The notes under the pieces: generated by a model
What the model was told of the DNA's origin: nothing
The model's input: the letters and a program-made list of their open reading frames with translations, nothing else
The model's database searches: none
Made by a program: the position numbers and the translations under genes
Shown: positions 19,097-27,385 of the stretch, in pieces
Layout of the letters: each line of letters opens with the position of its first letter
Position numbering within the stretch: the stretch's first letter is position 1
Source of the DNA: an uncultured Sulfurospirillum sp.
GTDB taxonomy: Bacteria > Campylobacterota > Campylobacteria > Campylobacterales > Sulfurospirillaceae
Length of the DNA stretch: 41,271 bases
NCBI GenBank assembly: GCA_964563675.1
Contig: CAZLXQ010000001.1
Coordinates: forward strand, 1-41,271
Direction: 5' to 3'

Positions 19097-19809
19097 CTTT
19101 TTTTAGCAATCACAAGTGTTGATATATCCATAGAGAAGCTTTTTACAAACTCTGTTGTAAATCCTGCATCATTAAGCTCTCTTTTGAGCATATCAGCAGT
19201 CAAAAAACCATCTATTGAGTTTGGAAGATACTCGTAAGCTTCTCTGTTTTTAGAGATAAATCCACCCAATTTTGGTAATACTCTATTCATATAGAACTCT
19301 TTTATAGTAAAAAATAGACCTTTTTTGTCATCTTTGGTAAACTCCAAAATAACAACATAGCCATCTTGTTTTACAACCCTAGCAAACTCTTTAAAAGCCT
19401 TTTCTCGCTCCACTACATTGCGAATTCCATAAGAGATACTAAGTATATCAGCACTCTCATCTTTCATAGGCAGAGTGGTTGCGTCGCTGATAGTAAAATC
19501 AAAATCACAAAACTTCTCTTTTGCAATTTTAACCATGCCTTTTGATGGGTCAACCCCTAAAAGCTTACCGATTTTAATACCTCTCTTGTCTGCTTGCTTT
19601 TTCCAATACCTCATCATATCGCCCGTTCCGCAAGCAACATCCACAATCAAGTCTATATCTTTTTTGTACCTACTATAAGTCTCATCACAAGCTTTTTTTC
19701 TCCACTGTATATCTATGCCCATACTTAAAATCCTATTGGCTTTGTCGTAGGTTGGGGCAATGCTGTTAAACATGTCTACTATTTTTTTCTGCTTGTTTTG
19801 AGTCTCCAA
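19093..19809 (-). CDS. ubiE: Demethylmenaquinone/ubiquinone C-methyltransferase UbiE/MenG
   Basis: MFNSIAPTYD..N, DVACGTGD, YGIRNV, ILEF, AYEYLPNSI; TTG start with AAGGAG RBS. Confidence 0.93.
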   Translation of the reverse strand: METQNKQKKIVDMFNSIAPTYDKANRILSMGIDIQWRKKACDETYSRYKKDIDLIVDVACGTGDMMRYWKKQADKRGIKIGKLLGVDPSKGMVKIAKEKFCDFDFTISDATTLPMKDESADILSISYGIRNVVEREKAFKEFARVVKQDGYVVILEFTKDDKKGLFFTIKEFYMNRVLPKLGGFISKNREAYEYLPNSIDGFLTADMLKRELNDAGFTTEFVKSFSMDISTLVIAKKR

Positions 19810-19828
19810 GATAGCTCCTTTTTAAATA

Positions 19829-19944
19829 CTGACCTTACGCACTATATCAAGCAAAGCTCGCTATAGTGGCAGGGGATAAATCCCCTACAACCCCCTAAAG
19901 CTACGAAAAGTAGGACTTTTCAAGAAATAAGTGCGTAAGGTCAG
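19829..19944. mobile_element. Complete 116-bp MITE-like element
   Basis: Perfect 15-bp TIRs CTGACCTTACGCACT / AGTGCGTAAGGTCAG, flanked by a direct repeat TTAAATA (19822-19828 and 19945-19951). Internal hairpins AGGGGA-TAAA-TCCCCT and GAAAAGT-AGG-ACTTTTC. Confidence 0.85.
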
Positions 19945-19973
19945 TTAAATATATAATTCGGGATAATTCAAGA

Positions 19974-20033
19974 CTATAGGGTGTCTCTAAAAACCGCTGC
20001 TACAAACATAAGAGCTGCTACTATCTTTTTCAT
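19974..20033 (-). pseudogene. Truncated remnant of a secreted-protein gene (signal peptide only)
   Basis: MKKIVAALMFVAAVFRDTL*; its ATG overlaps the upstream TGA (ATGA) and is preceded by AGGGAG. Confidence 0.5.
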
Positions 20034-20521
20034 TCTCTCTCCCTAGTAAGTTTAAATAATCTCTTTTTTTTATCAAAAAAATGTATAGGCTCATCCCCTT
20101 TGCTAGAGTTATAAAAACTCTCTTCATAGAGAAATACTTGAAGATTCAAAATAGATCTATCAAAAGCATCTTGATGGTTTAAAAGTATATACAGATTTTC
20201 AAAATCGTCTATTATTCGCTTGAGTGTCTTTTTGTTAAAAACTTTTTTTGATAAATTTAGTGCTTCATGTAGTTTTTTATGGCTCTTCTCTAAAGCTTCA
20301 TACTCTATCTCTTTTTTGAGATATAGAGCATAGTTTAGTGTAAAAAGCTGACTAAGTCTATAGAGTATCACTCTAAAAACCTTAGAGCTACTCATGCCCA
20401 TCTTGAAATGCAAATCAACTCTTGAAACACCGGCTTTATCGCACTTGTCAAAAATTTTTTTTTCATCAAATTCATAGCTTTTAGGGTCACCAAACAACTC
20501 TAAATACTCTCGTTCGCACAT
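20030..20521 (-). CDS. Hypothetical helical protein, possibly a reduced CYTH/CHAD-type fragment
   Basis: 163-aa ORF starting 3 nt after the ppaC stop. Resemblance to the CYTH-CHAD linker is from memory only. Confidence 0.5.
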   Translation of the reverse strand: MCEREYLELFGDPKSYEFDEKKIFDKCDKAGVSRVDLHFKMGMSSSKVFRVILYRLSQLFTLNYALYLKKEIEYEALEKSHKKLHEALNLSKKVFNKKTLKRIIDDFENLYILLNHQDAFDRSILNLQVFLYEESFYNSSKGDEPIHFFDKKKRLFKLTRERE

Positions 20522-20524
20522 CTC

Positions 20525-21448
20525 TTATCCTAAACTAAGCACTTTTTCCAAAAATGGAACTATTTGCTTTTTTCTACTCAATACTTTTGGTAACCAAGCT
20601 TGCGAATTTTCTAGTTTTATATCAAATGCACTCTCAACTAAACTCTCACTATCACTCACTACAAGCAGCTGCGAGCCCTCTTTTATTATATCAGTTAAAA
20701 GCAACAAAACAGTATGTCTTCTGCCTTCAACTTTTAAAGCTCTCATGCTCTCAAAAAGTATCTCTTTTTTATCATCAAAAATACTTAAATCAACAACTTC
20801 AAGCTGACCAATTCCCACTTTTTTACCACTCATCTCAAAGTCTTTATAGTCCCGAGTCAAAAGCTTTTTGGCACTCACTCCATCAACCGCAGATTTAACT
20901 CTAAACATCTCCATACCAAGTGCTTTAAAGTCTTCTATATCTGCAATACTAGCTAGCTTTTTACATGCTTTTACATCTTGCTTAGTACAGGTAGGAGATT
21001 TGAAGATAACCGTATCACTTAGAATTGCACAAAGCATCATGCCAGCTAAGTTTTTTGGAATGTCAACTTCGTGATAATCAAACATCTCTTTTATAATGGT
21101 ATTAGAGCAACCTACAGGTCTTATCCAGCACTCTAGCGGGGCTGAAGTTGTGATGTCTCCTAGCTTGTGGTGATCAACTATACCTTTGATGATAGCCTCT
21201 TTTATATCTTTTGGAGCTTGAGCAAGGTCAGAAAAATCAACGATATAGACACTCTGTCCAGCTACCTCCTCTTTTAATTCTGGAGTTTCATAGTCAAACT
21301 TATCTAATATAAACTTAGTCTCAGGAGTTACCTCTCCTTGTCTCGTTGGCTTACACTTTTCGCCTATTTGGTTTTTTAGGTATGATAGAGAGATCGCACC
21401 TACTATCGAATCGCTATCTGGATTTGTATGTCCAAAAACATATGTCAT
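20525..21448 (-). CDS. ppaC: Mn-dependent (family II) inorganic pyrophosphatase
   Basis: FGHTNPDSDS, VDHH, ILSDT..FKSPT, SRKKQIVP. Confidence 0.96.
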   Translation of the reverse strand: MTYVFGHTNPDSDSIVGAISLSYLKNQIGEKCKPTRQGEVTPETKFILDKFDYETPELKEEVAGQSVYIVDFSDLAQAPKDIKEAIIKGIVDHHKLGDITTSAPLECWIRPVGCSNTIIKEMFDYHEVDIPKNLAGMMLCAILSDTVIFKSPTCTKQDVKACKKLASIADIEDFKALGMEMFRVKSAVDGVSAKKLLTRDYKDFEMSGKKVGIGQLEVVDLSIFDDKKEILFESMRALKVEGRRHTVLLLLTDIIKEGSQLLVVSDSESLVESAFDIKLENSQAWLPKVLSRKKQIVPFLEKVLSLG

Positions 21449-21473
21449 ATAATTAGCCTTTAGTTTTTTTGCT

Positions 21474-21532
21474 ATTATAGCATAAACACTATAGCTGACA
21501 AGTGCATAATTTGGAATATAATCTGCTATAAT
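21474..21532. promoter_or_regulatory. Back-to-back extended -10 promoters for ppaC (-) and bcp (+)
   Basis: TGCTATAAT on the minus strand at 21474-21482 and on the plus strand at 21524-21532. Confidence 0.6.
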
Positions 21533-21551
21533 CTATAAAAAAGGATGATGA

Positions 21552-22016
21552 GTGTTAAAAATCGGAGACAAGGCACCAGAGGTAACTTTACCAAACCAAG
21601 ATGGAATAGAGATAAGCTTAAGAGACTTTGAAGGAAAGTGGGTAGTTTTATACTTCTATCCAAGAGATAACACACCGGGATGCACTACAGAGGCTCGTGA
21701 GTTTACGCAGTATTTGCCCGATTTTGATGGGTTAAATGCAGTCATACTTGGAGTAAGTCCAGATAGCCCTAAAAAACATGCAAATTTTATAGCTAAAAAA
21801 GGGCTTCTTATAACTCTTTTAGCTGATGAAAACAAAGAGATATGCAAAAAATATGGTGTATGGCAACTCAAAAAAATGTGCGGGAAAGAGTATATGGGAA
21901 TAGTTCGTTCAACTTTTCTTATTTCTCCAGAGGGCAAAATCGAAGCAGTATGGCAAAAAGTAAGAGTTAAGGGTCATGTTGTAGCAGTTAAGCAGAAGCT
22001 TGAAGAAATTGCATAA
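21552..22016 (+). CDS. bcp: Peroxiredoxin Bcp
   Basis: VLYFYPRDNTPGCTTEA and GIVRSTFLI; GTG start. Confidence 0.95.
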   Translation: MLKIGDKAPEVTLPNQDGIEISLRDFEGKWVVLYFYPRDNTPGCTTEAREFTQYLPDFDGLNAVILGVSPDSPKKHANFIAKKGLLITLLADENKEICKKYGVWQLKKMCGKEYMGIVRSTFLISPEGKIEAVWQKVRVKGHVVAVKQKLEEIA

Positions 22017-22018
22017 AG

Positions 22019-22147
22019 AGCAAAGTACATTGTAGCGGTAGGGTATAAACCCCCTAAAGCTACAAAAACTAGCGAATAGCGGTTTCACCTAGTGAAAAGT
22101 TTCTGTGAAAACTAGGATTTTTCGAGAAAAAAGTGTGTAAGGCTAGT
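22019..22147 (+). repeat. Degenerate MITE copy lacking the left TIR, with an internal insertion
   Basis: Colinear with 19850-19945 (AGCAAAG...CCCCCTAAAGCTAC.AAAA.TAGGA.TTTTC.AGAAA.AAGTG.GTAAGG..AGT). Extra 35 nt (22073-22107) lies between duplicated AAAACTAG. Confidence 0.8.
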
Positions 22148-22223
22148 TAATTATTCTTTATACTATTTTTTTGTATAATAAACTCTGCTCATTATGTGCA
22201 TAAAATCAAAACAAAGGCGACAA

Positions 22224-22697
22224 ATGAAGATAGTAGTAATCCAAGGACCAAACTTGAACCTTCTAGGTCATCGTGAGAAAAATATATATGGACCGATAAA
22301 GCTTGAAGAGATTCATGCTCAAATGGAGAGTATAGCAAAGCAAAACAACATGGAAATAGAGTTTTTTCAATCAAACTTAGAGGGCGAAATAGTTGATAGA
22401 GTACAAGAGTGTATCGGCGACGCAGATGGCATTATCATCAATCCTGCTGCTTATACTCACACTTCCATAGCCATTCGTGATGCTATTGTGGCAGCTGCTA
22501 TGCCTACTGTTGAGGTTCATATAAGCAATCTTCACAGAAGAGAAGAGTTTAGGACTAAAAGCTTAACAACTGGGGTTTGTACTGGGCAGATTGCTGGGTT
22601 TGGCCCATTTGGCTATCACTTGGCTATGGTCTCTATAGCTCAGATATTGGGCGAACTAGAAGCACAAAAGAGAGCTCAAGCGGCGGCTGAGGCATAA
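22224..22697 (+). CDS. aroQ: Type II 3-dehydroquinate dehydratase
   Basis: [35 protein letters not shown]; start at MKIVV after AAGG. Confidence 0.97.
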   Translation: MKIVVIQGPNLNLLGHREKNIYGPIKLEEIHAQMESIAKQNNMEIEFFQSNLEGEIVDRVQECIGDADGIIINPAAYTHTSIAIRDAIVAAAMPTVEVHISNLHRREEFRTKSLTTGVCTGQIAGFGPFGYHLAMVSIAQILGELEAQKRAQAAAEA

Positions 22698-22702
22698 GAG
22701 GT

Positions 22703-23740
22703 ATGAATTATATCTTAAGAGATGAAAATGCTCTATTTTATGAGTGCGGCTTCTCTTGTGATAATGCTGTTTTTTTAAAGCTTGGAAGTGAAGCTTTTTT
22801 TATAACCGATGCAAGATATGACACTGAGGCTCGTGAGTTTATCAAAAAAGCAGAGGTTATCATAGCACAGCATCAAGATATGTTTCCAAAAGTAAGAGAG
22901 CTTATACTAAGTGCAGATATAAAAGAGCTACTTTTTGATCCAAGCGAGTGGAGCCTTTATGCTTATGAGGAGTTTACTAAAGACCTAAAGTCGGTTGATT
23001 TTAAAAGAGTGGTCAATCTCTCTAAAAAAAAGAGGATTAAAAAGAGTTCACAAGAGTTGCATATGTTAAAAACTGCCTCTCTTGTAGGAGCGGATGCATT
23101 TGATAAATTTGCACAATATCTGAATCAATTTGGTCTGCATGTGAGTGAGCAAAAACTTCACTATGAGGCTGAAAATATACTGAAAAACTATGGCAAATAT
23201 GCTCTTAGCTTTTCTCCTATTTTGGCTATCAATAAAAATGCCGCTAAGTGTCATGCTCTTCCTCTTTTAGAGACTCTTAAGATAGGCGACTTGATACTTT
23301 TTGATGCGGGTGTGGTTTATGAGAGATACTGCTCTGATAGAACAAGAGTAGTGGAGTTTGATAAAAATTTAGATTTTGGAAAAACTCAAAGCTTTAGTGA
23401 TACAAAGCGACAAAAAATTTATGATATAGTTTTAAAATCTCAAGAGGCAGGTATCAAAAAAGCAAGAGCAGGTATAAAGGCTTGTGAGGTTGATAAGGCT
23501 TGTAGGGATGTTATAGATAAATCAGGATATGGCAAGTATTTCATACACTCAACAGGTCATGGGGTTGGTTTGGATATTCATGAGCTTCCAGTTATCTCCA
23601 AAATTAGTGAAACTGTACTTGAAGAGGGTATGGTTTTTACGGTTGAACCGGGGATATATCTTCCACAAGAGTTCGGAATTCGCATTGAAGATACTGTTGT
23701 TATCACTGGCGATAGAGCTGAGATTTTAGGTCAATCATGA
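22703..23740 (+). CDS. M24 family Xaa-Pro aminopeptidase/dipeptidase
   Basis: DAG..Y..YCSD.TR, HSTGHGVGLDIHE, TVEPGIY, GIRIED. Confidence 0.92.
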   Translation: MNYILRDENALFYECGFSCDNAVFLKLGSEAFFITDARYDTEAREFIKKAEVIIAQHQDMFPKVRELILSADIKELLFDPSEWSLYAYEEFTKDLKSVDFKRVVNLSKKKRIKKSSQELHMLKTASLVGADAFDKFAQYLNQFGLHVSEQKLHYEAENILKNYGKYALSFSPILAINKNAAKCHALPLLETLKIGDLILFDAGVVYERYCSDRTRVVEFDKNLDFGKTQSFSDTKRQKIYDIVLKSQEAGIKKARAGIKACEVDKACRDVIDKSGYGKYFIHSTGHGVGLDIHELPVISKISETVLEEGMVFTVEPGIYLPQEFGIRIEDTVVITGDRAEILGQS

Positions 23741-24204
23741 AATTTTTTTATGATAGATTTTTTCCAATTATAAAAAAAGAGAATAAAAACTATAAATACA
23801 AAACTGTAGTAGGTGTCGGCGGAAACAAGGGAGATATGAGAAAAAGGTTTAGAAATCTCTACATGTACCTTTTGAGAAGCTCGCTTGTTAGTATAAGTGA
23901 AACTTCAGCAATTTTAAAAAATCCTCCTTTTGGATATCTGTATCAAAATGATTTTTACAATGCTGTTGTGGTTTTAAGAACATCCCTTAGTCCAAAGGCA
24001 TTTTTAAAATTTCTTCTACATGTAGAGAGGATATTTGGAAGAAAAAGAGAGTTTAAAAATGCCCCAAGAACACTTGATTTGGATATAATATTTTTTAGTA
24101 GTGTTAAAATGAAAACTAAAAACCTAACTATACCTCATAGCTATTGGCAAAAAAGAGAGTCTGTGGTTTTACCACTCTTGAGCTTAAAAAGGAAAATATG
24201 GTGA
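23737..24204 (+). CDS. folK: 2-amino-4-hydroxy-6-hydroxymethyldihydropteridine diphosphokinase
   Basis: GVGGNKG, QNDFYNAV, ERIFGR.R..KNAPRTLDLDI, IPH. Confidence 0.93.
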   Translation: MKFFYDRFFPIIKKENKNYKYKTVVGVGGNKGDMRKRFRNLYMYLLRSSLVSISETSAILKNPPFGYLYQNDFYNAVVVLRTSLSPKAFLKFLLHVERIFGRKREFKNAPRTLDLDIIFFSSVKMKTKNLTIPHSYWQKRESVVLPLLSLKRKIW

Positions 24205-25469
24205 AATTTCTTACATTTAGTGCTGAATCACCTGCTGCTGCTTTAAAACAGGCTCAAATAGAGTGCGGTGAAGAGGCTTTGGTTGTCAGTACAAAGCAGA
24301 TAAAGAAAAAGAGTTTAAATAGTCCTTCTTTATATGAGGTAGTAGTTGCGGTTGAAGATACAAAAGTAAAGCCTCCTGCTCCTAAAAAAAATAGCTATCA
24401 AAGTAGCGAAGATGTTCTTGTCAATATCTCAGAGGCGGCAAAGCAAATTTCTCAAATAGCAAAGGTGGCAGACAGTAGGATTCCAGTAAAAACCAGTGCA
24501 AAAATATCGATCAAAGAGAGAGATAACTCAGGCGAAGATGTTGTGCAGATAAAGCAAGAGATTATAAAGCTAGCTGATAAAATAAAGCTAATCCAAGAGA
24601 TGTTTTGGGAGGAAAAATTACCACAAAGAGACAATCTAGCCATCCCTCCGGAGTTTGCGCAGATATACAAACTAGCAAAAACAAGCGGCATAGGAAGCAA
24701 TCATCTTGATAATATCATGAAGCTAACACTTGAGCACATGCCTATTAAGATGAGACACTCTAGTGAGTCGGTAAAGAGGTATTTTCAAGTTCTTTTAAGA
24801 AAAATGATTCCCGTAAGACACGAAAGAGAGGTTTCGCGAGGGGCAAAAAAACTCATCATGTTTGTGGGCTCTACGGGGGTCGGAAAAACTACAACTATAG
24901 CAAAGCTTGCGGCTCGCTTCTCTTACATAAAAGATAAAAGAGACAAGGTAGGCATCATTACACTAGATACTTATAGAATTGGAGCGGTTGAGCAGCTTTT
25001 TCAGTATGCAAAGATGATGAGACTTCCTATAGAGGATGTGGTGGATCCCAACGACTTTAACAATGCACTTCGTTCACTATCGCACTGCAATGTTATCTTG
25101 ATCGATACTGTAGGAAGCTCGCAGTATGATAAAGAAAAATTGGCAAAACTGCACCAGTTTATAAAAAATAGCGAGTATGAGATAGATGTAAATTTAGTGC
25201 TTTCAGCAGGAAGTAAACTTGAAGATCTTAAAGAGACATATAAAAACTTTTCATTTTTAAATATAGACACGCTAGTTTTTACAAAGTTTGACGAGACTAA
25301 AGCTTTTGGAACAGTTTTTTCTTTGATATATGATATAGATAGACCAGTAAGCTACTTCTCTGTTGGTCAAGAGGTTCCAGATGATATAGTTGTTGCAAGT
25401 AGTGATTTTTTAGTGGAGTGTATGTTAAATGGTTTTAAAAGGAAGCAAGATGCAAACACAGGCAAATAG
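24198..25469 (+). CDS. flhF: Flagellar biosynthesis GTPase FlhF
   Basis: GSTGVGKTTTIAKLA, DTYRIGAVEQL, DTVG, TKFDE, GQEVPDD; start at ATG 24198 after AAGGA. Confidence 0.96.
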   Translation: MVKFLTFSAESPAAALKQAQIECGEEALVVSTKQIKKKSLNSPSLYEVVVAVEDTKVKPPAPKKNSYQSSEDVLVNISEAAKQISQIAKVADSRIPVKTSAKISIKERDNSGEDVVQIKQEIIKLADKIKLIQEMFWEEKLPQRDNLAIPPEFAQIYKLAKTSGIGSNHLDNIMKLTLEHMPIKMRHSSESVKRYFQVLLRKMIPVRHEREVSRGAKKLIMFVGSTGVGKTTTIAKLAARFSYIKDKRDKVGIITLDTYRIGAVEQLFQYAKMMRLPIEDVVDPNDFNNALRSLSHCNVILIDTVGSSQYDKEKLAKLHQFIKNSEYEIDVNLVLSAGSKLEDLKETYKNFSFLNIDTLVFTKFDETKAFGTVFSLIYDIDRPVSYFSVGQEVPDDIVVASSDFLVECMLNGFKRKQDANTGK

Positions 25470-26325
25470 ACTCCAAAAGCTAGTAAGAGATGGGACTTCA
25501 TCTACAAAAAAAAATAAAAAAACAAAATATATAACAATCACAAGTGGAAAAGGCGGAGTTGGAAAAAGTACACTTAGTGCCAATTTGGCAAATGTACTAT
25601 CAAAAAATGGCTACAAAGTGGGGCTTTTTGATGCTGATTTAGGCTTAGCAAACCTTGATGTAATCCTCAATGTTCGTATCAGTAAAAATATTCTACATGT
25701 ACTAAAAGGGGAGGCGACACTTGAGGAGATAATCGTCCATGTAAAGAAAAATCTCATTCTTATCCCTGGCGAGAGTGGTGATGAGATACTAAAATATAAT
25801 GATCAGTTTCTATATGAGCGATTTTTTGAAGAGACGCAAATCTTAGATGATTTAGATTTTATGATTATCGATACAGGGGCTGGTATAGGCGGGCATACAC
25901 AGCTATTTTTAGAAGCTAGTGATGAAGTTATAGTTGTTACAGTTCCAGATCCAGCTGCCATTACCGATGCATACGCTACTATAAAAGTGACTAGTAAAGT
26001 GCAACCTATGATACATTTGGTACTCAATATGACAAAAAATGCTAAAGAGGCAGAGTTGATTTTTGAAAAGATTAGCAAGGTTGCTACTGCAAATATAGAT
26101 AGCATTAATCTAAATCTACTAGGCCGTCTTCCAGAAGACAAGATAATAGCAAAAAGCATAAAACAAAGAACTCTCTTTAGTGATGATGCTCCAAACAGCA
26201 TAGCCTCACATGAGCTTAAGAGGATAGTCAATAACCTTGCCTATAGACTGGAACGAAAAGTGCTTAAAAACGAAGAAGATAGAGGCTTTGGAAACTTTTT
26301 GAAGAGCTTAATAGACAAATTTTAA
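25450..26325 (+). CDS. flhG: MinD-like flagellar number regulator FlhG
   Basis: MQTQA..L N-terminus, SGKGGVGKS, DADLGLAN, DTGAG, ITDAYA; follows flhF. Confidence 0.93.
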   Translation: MQTQANRLQKLVRDGTSSTKKNKKTKYITITSGKGGVGKSTLSANLANVLSKNGYKVGLFDADLGLANLDVILNVRISKNILHVLKGEATLEEIIVHVKKNLILIPGESGDEILKYNDQFLYERFFEETQILDDLDFMIIDTGAGIGGHTQLFLEASDEVIVVTVPDPAAITDAYATIKVTSKVQPMIHLVLNMTKNAKEAELIFEKISKVATANIDSINLNLLGRLPEDKIIAKSIKQRTLFSDDAPNSIASHELKRIVNNLAYRLERKVLKNEEDRGFGNFLKSLIDKF

Positions 26326-26334
26326 AGGATTTAA

Positions 26335-26703
26335 GTGATTCGTCCAGAAAATTTTATATATTTTTTTACAGTATGCGGGTTTTTTATAGGTTTGATATTT
26401 ACTATTTTAAATTTTTCGCTACCTGAAGATATTGTGCTATATACTGCAAAGATAACTCTTTTTTTCTATCTTCTTATACATGTGATCATCATGAATTTTA
26501 TTGATACTGAGCGTTTTGGCATAACCCTCTTTAATAAAAAAGAGTATGAAGAGGTGAGTGAATACTTTATATCAGAGCTTGATGGCAGAGAGAAGAGGAT
26601 AGATGCCCTCTTGCTGGAGGTAGAGAAAATGAATATCAAGCATGAACAAAAGCAAAAAAGTGAAAAAGAGCCCAAAGTAGATGCAGATAAAAAAGCAGCC
26701 TAA
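26335..26703 (+). CDS. Conserved two-TM motility-operon membrane protein (between flhG and fliA)
   Basis: Two hydrophobic helices plus a coiled tail; same position as the Campylobacter flhG-X-fliA gene. Confidence 0.75.
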   Translation: MIRPENFIYFFTVCGFFIGLIFTILNFSLPEDIVLYTAKITLFFYLLIHVIIMNFIDTERFGITLFNKKEYEEVSEYFISELDGREKRIDALLLEVEKMNIKHEQKQKSEKEPKVDADKKAA

Positions 26704-27385
26704 TCCATATAGCGACCATATAAAAAAAAATCAAGATGCCTTGGTACTACAATACTTGCCAGCAGTTCGAGCTTTGGCATACAGACTAAAAGAGCGACTA
26801 CCAACTTCCATAGATGTCAATGACTTGATCTCTATTGGTACAGAAGAGATGATAAAACTCTCTCGTCGTTATGACAAAGAGAGAAATGATTCTTTTTGGG
26901 GATATGGACGACAAAGAGTACATGGTTCTATGCTTGATTATCTTAGAAGCTTAGATCTTATGAGTAGAGCAGATAGAAGATTGATAAAAATGGTAGATAA
27001 AGAGATAGAGAAGTACCTCTCATTTTATGAAGAGGAGCCAACTAATACATACCTCTCGGAGCTTTTAGGGGAGAGTGAAAAAAAGATAGATGAAGCAAGA
27101 AGCGGTGCTAGAGTGATAGCTTTGATGCCCATAAATGAGCAGATAACTCTACTTTGCGAAGAGGATATCTATCTAAAGATAGAAAAAGATGAGCTTGTAG
27201 AGATAATAAGAGGTATTCTTGATAAATTCAAAGAGAGAGAGCAGCTCATAATTCAGCTTTATTACTTTGAGGAGCTTAATCTAAAAGAGATTAGTGGTAT
27301 ACTTAGTATTAGTGAATCAAGAATTTCTCAGATTCATAAAAAACTACTAAGGCAGATACGAGAGGAGCTAGGAGTCGATGGCTGA
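26681..27385 (+). CDS. fliA: RNA polymerase sigma-28 factor
   Basis: DLISIG, GSMLDYLR..D, LYYFEELNLKEI..IL.ISESRISQIH. Confidence 0.96.
   Translation: MQIKKQPNPYSDHIKKNQDALVLQYLPAVRALAYRLKERLPTSIDVNDLISIGTEEMIKLSRRYDKERNDSFWGYGRQRVHGSMLDYLRSLDLMSRADRRLIKMVDKEIEKYLSFYEEEPTNTYLSELLGESEKKIDEARSGARVIALMPINEQITLLCEEDIYLKIEKDELVEIIRGILDKFKEREQLIIQLYYFEELNLKEISGILSISESRISQIHKKLLRQIREELGVDG

Noticed and set aside
25506-26730. A9 tracts in flhG (25506-25514) and fliA (26722-26730) as phase-variation sites
   Set aside because: Both genes are in frame, and A runs are common in Lys-rich AT-rich coding DNA; read-level length variation would be needed.
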